In this document: in pieces, positions 57,971 through 64,000 of the stretch
Numbering within the stretch: position 1 is the stretch's first letter
Layout: each line of letters starts with the position of its first letter
From: an uncultured Gammaproteobacteria bacterium
GTDB lineage: Bacteria; Patescibacteriota; Microgenomatia; Levybacterales; GWA1-39-11
Direction of reading: 5' to 3'
DNA: 64,000 bases
Assembly (NCBI GenBank): GCA_964409875.1
Contig: CAYPEN010000003.1
Location: 557-64,556, forward strand
Made by a program: the position numbers and the translations under genes
The notes under the pieces: generated by a model
Database searches by the model: none
What the model saw: the letters and a program-made list of their open reading frames with translations, nothing else
Told to the model about the DNA's origin: nothing

Positions 57971-59523
57971 AAATCGCTTTTTTAATAGGTATCTATTCGT
58001 ACTTTATTTTATTCCTTGGACTCATAGGTTGGCTAAATAATACGTTTTTATTTCCTATAACAGTTTTTTTTGCGTTAGCTTTTCTATTTATTAACAAAAA
58101 AGAGTTAAAAAATTTACTCCAATCAAAAGTAAGAATTGAGAATAAAAGGGATTATTATTTGTATTTAATTCTCGGTATTTTGTTCTTAGTAAATCTTGTA
58201 GGGGCGCTTGGACCGGAGTTAGCGTTTGATGCTTTATGGTATCACTTAACAATTCCAAAAATGTATCTTTTGAACAACAAAATATATTTTATTCATGGAA
58301 ATCTTTTATACTACAACCTTTTGCCACGCATTACCGAAATGTTATATACCGCAGCATTGTCATTGAGTAATGAAATAATTGCCAAAGTAATTCACTATTC
58401 TTTTGGTATTTTATCCAGTTTTGCGCTATACAGGCTTTCGCGAATATATCTTACGAAAAAATGGGCAATTATTACGGTTATTATTTTTTATTCAAATCTC
58501 GTCATATCTTGGCTTTCTATAACCGCTTATTCCGATTTGCCGCGCGCTTTTTTTGAAATACTTTCCTTCTATTATTTTTTACTGTACAGAAAAGAAAAAA
58601 AGAATTCTCACTTTGTTATTAGCGCATTGTTAATGGGTTTTGCAATATCTACAAAAATTTTGGCTATCGGTACTGTTATTATTTTTACCATTCTTATTTG
58701 GTCACAAAACACCAGCATATTTTTTAAATTGAAAAAAACTCTACTTTTTATGACACTTTCAGTGTCTGTACCTCTTCCTTGGTTTATTATTTCCTTTTTA
58801 TATACGGGCAATCCTTTTTTCCCGTTATTTTCTCATTTGGGATTAAGAAATTTTTCACTAGAACTTTTATCACCTTTCACATTTATAAATACATTTATTA
58901 ATATTTTCCTTTTTTCGCCTGATCCTATCAGCCCAATATACATAGTATTCCTTCCTTTTGTTTTTCTGTTATTAATTTCAAAATTCAAGAAATACAAGAT
59001 GCTTTTTCTTTATTCAGTGCTCTCCTACATAATATGGTACACAACCTCTCAATCAGGTGGTGCCAGATTTCTCGCAGCATATTTGCCCGCTTATTCTGTA
59101 CTTATTGCGTTAGCGTTAAGCCAGTTGAAGAGAAAAACTATTCTTTCGATTTCTTTTGGTCTCATATTTCTTATTGCAACAACTACGATAGTATATCGGG
59201 CTATTGCAAACATGAAGTACGTCCCTGTGATAATTGGCAGTCAAACAAAGGAGGATTTTTTAATGAAAAACCTCAATTTTTCTTTCGGAGATTTTTTTGA
59301 TGAAAATTCAATTATCAAAAAAATTGTTGGGACTAAGACGGTTGAGTTGATAAATATGCACAACCTTTATTACGTTGATTTCCCTTTTACTCTTAAGGAG
59401 TTTTCCGACAATTCGAAAGCCGCGTATGTCCTAGTCCAAGGAGGAGACCTTCCGACAACCTACAATAATCCACAACTCATATATAAAAACGACAAGACCC
59501 ATGTTAAACTCTATAAATTATGA
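57964..59523 (+). CDS. GT-C-like integral membrane protein
   Basis: FDALWYHL, YSD, TGNPFFP, RF. Confidence 0.8.
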   Translation: MLKIAFLIGIYSYFILFLGLIGWLNNTFLFPITVFFALAFLFINKKELKNLLQSKVRIENKRDYYLYLILGILFLVNLVGALGPELAFDALWYHLTIPKMYLLNNKIYFIHGNLLYYNLLPRITEMLYTAALSLSNEIIAKVIHYSFGILSSFALYRLSRIYLTKKWAIITVIIFYSNLVISWLSITAYSDLPRAFFEILSFYYFLLYRKEKKNSHFVISALLMGFAISTKILAIGTVIIFTILIWSQNTSIFFKLKKTLLFMTLSVSVPLPWFIISFLYTGNPFFPLFSHLGLRNFSLELLSPFTFINTFINIFLFSPDPISPIYIVFLPFVFLLLISKFKKYKMLFLYSVLSYIIWYTTSQSGGARFLAAYLPAYSVLIALALSQLKRKTILSISFGLIFLIATTTIVYRAIANMKYVPVIIGSQTKEDFLMKNLNFSFGDFFDENSIIKKIVGTKTVELINMHNLYYVDFPFTLKEFSDNSKAAYVLVQGGDLPTTYNNPQLIYKNDKTHVKLYKL

Positions 59524-60716
59524 GCGATAAGGTTGCAAAAATTCTCTTGTATGGGCTTTTGGTAACTTTTCCTCTAGGCATGTTAGTGCGATTTAAGGTT
59601 GCCAATAATATATACATTACCCCTCAAGACATAATTGTTTTTTTCCTTTTTATTCTTTCCATTGTGAGCTTCATTAGAATGAGGAGGAATTTTATGACAG
59701 ACAAATTTATGCTGTTTCAGGGTTTGTTTTTGTTTACCGGTCTCATAAGTCTTATTGTTAATGCTTTTCTTTATAAAGACATCAACTTCTTGGTGTCCAT
59801 ATTATATCTTTTGAGGTATGTTATTTATTTATCTCTTTTTAATATTTCAAATTTGTTTGAAAAAAAAGGTTTTGAAAGAAAAATTTTAGTATTCAGCGGA
59901 AGTACTTTTCTTATGTTGGGATTTTTGCAATTCTTTCTGTACTACGATTTAAAGTATTTGTATTATTTGGGATGGGACAACCATCTTTACAGACTTTTTT
60001 CGACTTTTCTTGATCCTAACTATGCAGGAGTTTTTTATTCACTTTACTTTATTTTTACATTTTCCGATGTACTGTATAAAAAAATAAAGCAAAGTTATAA
60101 AGAGCTTGTTTTGTCATTCTTTATAGTAATTGCTGTATACCTTACTTATTCAAGAACAGCCCTGATATCCTTTTTGGTTGGTATTGCAACCATTGCAATT
60201 TTAAAAAGGAAGTTAAAGATTTTCCTTTTCAGTATTCTTGCATTCGTAGTGCTTCTTTCAACATTGTCAGATGTATCAATTGAGGGTCTTAATCCCTTCA
60301 GGACTGCCTCAAGCGTAGAACGAATAATTTCTGTTAAAGAGGCTTTGACTATTTTCTCGGACAACCCAGCAATAGGTGTTGGATTTAACGCATATCGGTA
60401 TTCATTGATAAGAAATGGTTTTCGCACCGGTGTAGGTGTTGCCATGAGTAACGCAGATGCTGGGACGGACAATAGTTTTCTCTTTGTTCTGGCTACTACG
60501 GGAGTTATCGGTTTCACATTTTTTGCTTTGAGTTACCTTTTTCTCTTGAAAAAATTATATGCAGAAAGGTTAATAGTGGGAATTATTCCTTTTTGCCTGA
60601 CTATTTCTTTTCTTGCATCTAGCCTTTTTCTAAATGTGTTGTTTTACATGCCGATATTAATATTTGTTTTTATAGTTATTTCTTTACGGAGGCAGGTGTT
60701 TGGGAAATTAGAATAA
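59520..60716 (+). CDS. O-antigen ligase/polymerase (WaaL/Wzy_C) family
   Basis: RLFSTFLDPN, TYSR, ER, GVG, DNSFL..TGVIG. Confidence 0.88.
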   Translation: MSDKVAKILLYGLLVTFPLGMLVRFKVANNIYITPQDIIVFFLFILSIVSFIRMRRNFMTDKFMLFQGLFLFTGLISLIVNAFLYKDINFLVSILYLLRYVIYLSLFNISNLFEKKGFERKILVFSGSTFLMLGFLQFFLYYDLKYLYYLGWDNHLYRLFSTFLDPNYAGVFYSLYFIFTFSDVLYKKIKQSYKELVLSFFIVIAVYLTYSRTALISFLVGIATIAILKRKLKIFLFSILAFVVLLSTLSDVSIEGLNPFRTASSVERIISVKEALTIFSDNPAIGVGFNAYRYSLIRNGFRTGVGVAMSNADAGTDNSFLFVLATTGVIGFTFFALSYLFLLKKLYAERLIVGIIPFCLTISFLASSLFLNVLFYMPILIFVFIVISLRRQVFGKLE

Positions 60717-60734
60717 AATGGCCAGCGAAAGAAT

Positions 60735-61469
60735 CTAGGGGTTGTAGGTCACTTTTAATTGTTTTTGTGTGGTAAGTCCTGCCGGGTTTTGAGCCTGAAT
60801 TAGGATTTGGTTATCTCCATCATTAAGGGTTAATTGATAAGAAAATTTGCCGTCATTATCAACAATTGCAATGAACGAATTTATGCTAACAGTGTTCTCT
60901 GGGTCAGTTTGACCTGTTACCGTAATTGTCTTGTCAGCCCTCGTTAGTGTAGCATTATCAATAGGAAAAGTAACTTCAAGTTTGGGTTTATCATTAATGT
61001 AATTAACCTGGAAATCTGGGGTAAATGCGCTTGATTTATTCCCTTTGCTAAATCGGGCCTTTATTGTATTGGCTCCCTTTGCAAGCGATATATTCTGTAC
61101 AGAAAAATCTAATTTGTCATGAATTTCAACTTCTTTAGCCAATTCATCGTCTACATACACTTCAACTGTTCCACCCTTGTCCGGTGCATAGCCGTTAAAG
61201 TTAATTTTTGCGCTTTGCGTAGCATCAGGTATTCCGCTAAGAGTAGGGGGCTGGAGAAGTTCGTGTCCCACTAATTGGCTCCCATCACTTTTGTCTCCTC
61301 CTCTCAATGTGTAAATCGCGTTACCAAATATATTGATAAGTCCCGGTCCAAACTGAATAAGTATTCCAATCAGTAGTATTATGCCAAGTGTAAAAAAAAG
61401 CGCTTGTCTTTTGTTCTGTTTTTCGCTGGTTCTTGCGAGGCGTGATGTTCGCATGCGGCGTTGTATCAT
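60735..61469 (-). CDS. Single-TM protein with two Ig-like domains
   Basis: TM followed by beta-rich repeats (LAKGANTI, LNDGDNQI). Confidence 0.75.
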   Translation of the reverse strand: MIQRRMRTSRLARTSEKQNKRQALFFTLGIILLIGILIQFGPGLINIFGNAIYTLRGGDKSDGSQLVGHELLQPPTLSGIPDATQSAKINFNGYAPDKGGTVEVYVDDELAKEVEIHDKLDFSVQNISLAKGANTIKARFSKGNKSSAFTPDFQVNYINDKPKLEVTFPIDNATLTRADKTITVTGQTDPENTVSINSFIAIVDNDGKFSYQLTLNDGDNQILIQAQNPAGLTTQKQLKVTYNP

Positions 61470-61474
61470 AGCTC

Positions 61475-61879
61475 TTAATGACGTTTAATTTTGTCTGCCA
61501 CCTTAAGCTCCAGTAAGGACTTTTGTAAATTTTTCTCTGCCATTATCAACTCCGCGGTGGTCTGTTTGTTTTTCAGTATTTCTTCGGCTAATTTTTTGGC
61601 CTCAAGAGAACGAGCAGTCTGAATTGAGTCTGCCTTAACGGCGTAATCGGACAAAACCATCACCGAGTCTTTTCTTACTTCGAGAAATCCTCCCAATATA
61701 GCAATTATAGTTTCCTTTCCTCCCTTTTTTATTGTAATAGTTCCTTCGGATAACTTAGCAAACAATGGTACATGGTGGGTTAGTACTGAAATTTCACCTT
61801 TGAATGTCGGAAGTTGTACTTCATCAATAGTATCCGAAAAAACCTGCCCTTCCGGAGAGAGAATTTTTAATTCGAACAT
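61475..61879 (-). CDS. atpC: ATP synthase F1 epsilon
   Basis: ILSPE, GEISVLTHHVPL, GGFLEV. Confidence 0.95.
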   Translation of the reverse strand: MFELKILSPEGQVFSDTIDEVQLPTFKGEISVLTHHVPLFAKLSEGTITIKKGGKETIIAILGGFLEVRKDSVMVLSDYAVKADSIQTARSLEAKKLAEEILKNKQTTAELIMAEKNLQKSLLELKVADKIKRH

Positions 61880-61882
61880 AGT

Positions 61883-63339
<1,457 letters not shown>

Positions 63340-63343
<4 letters not shown>

Positions 63344-64000
63344 ATTTGTATACTATTTGAAAGATCAAGAATTTCGTTAGTTATTCTCTCTTGGCGTGAC
63401 TTATTATAAACAAGGTTGAGGTATTCAGCAATATCGGAGGCATTATTCTTTGCATTCTGCATCGCCACCATTTGGGCTGCTTGTTGGGAAGTATACGAAA
63501 CGAGGAGTGCGTTATAGAGTTGTACCTCAAGGTAGTACGGGAGAAGCTCCTCTAAAATAGTTTCTCTTCCGGGTTCGAGTAAAGAGGTGGCATCGTCAGG
63601 TTGCGCGACCGTTTCTTCAATCTGTAGAGGGAGGAGTTGTTTAACAACAGGAGTTTGTGTGAATAGCGAAACGAAATCGGCATAAAGAACCGAAACAGTT
63701 GCAACATTCCCTGATTTGATTTCCTCGTCTATAATGTTCTTAAGCTCATAGACAAGCGTATAATCCGGTAAGGAATTTCCCATTGGATAGGTAAGTAATA
63801 GCTCAAAACTTAACTTCGATGCAAAAAGCGAAGCCTTTTTTCCCACCGTAACCACTTTGGTGTTTCTGTCATCAACTTCAATAAGTTTTTTGTAAATATT
63901 GGTATTAAGTGAGCCACAAAGTCCCCTGTCAGGACTTATTACAATAAGAAGTTGATGGGCGGCAAGTTTCTTATCAAGGTACGGGTGGGAAAATTTACTT
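63340..64000 (-). CDS. atpG: ATP synthase F1 gamma (5'-truncated by window edge)
   Basis: PDRGLCGSLNTN, AMQNA..NA, YNKSRQERITNEI. Confidence 0.96.

Noticed and set aside
59519-59531. 13-nt match TATGAGCGATAAG between the ligase start and the first atp-junction unit
   Set aside because: No GCTTG arm, hairpin or duplication at 59520; likely coincidental.

Overview
AT-rich bacterial chromosome segment. The gene repertoire, short or absent leaders and TGA stops (code 11) suggest Patescibacteria/CPR, Microgenomates-like; this is inference, not a database result. Layout: (i) 1-~7.4 kb is the right part of an integrative, satellite-like island: tyrosine recombinase, wHTH/rep-like gene with iteron-like repeats, divergent promoters, a highly structured pseudoknotted RNA and cargo genes including a HATPase-kinase/STAS/2-TM trio. 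(ii) 7.4-22 kb is housekeeping and envelope genes (YgjP-like, pseudouridine synthase, acyltransferase, Cas4/RecB-like nuclease, SxtK/J/I-like carbamoyltransferase trio, class F sortase with a mini substrate, ileS-rodA-rplU-rpmA-parB, lepB). (iii) 22.3-60.7 kb is a ~38 kb surface-glycan cluster (GDP-heptose pathway, flippase, many GT2/GT4, about 8 GT-C-type membrane proteins, C-methyltransferase, ligase/polymerase). (iv) The window ends in atpC-atpD-atpG. Most notable: two unrelated gene junctions 53 kb apart (10.3 kb and 63.3 kb) each hold three diverged copies of a host gene terminus separated by two hairpins. These share a fixed TAAGC..GCTTG core with a conserved T.G mismatch and have covarying, locus-derived arms. 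At atpG/atpD the array forms a chain of translationally coupled mini-ORFs. Also notable: the island RNA (2107-2253) and an orphan CIRCE upstream of the glycan cluster.
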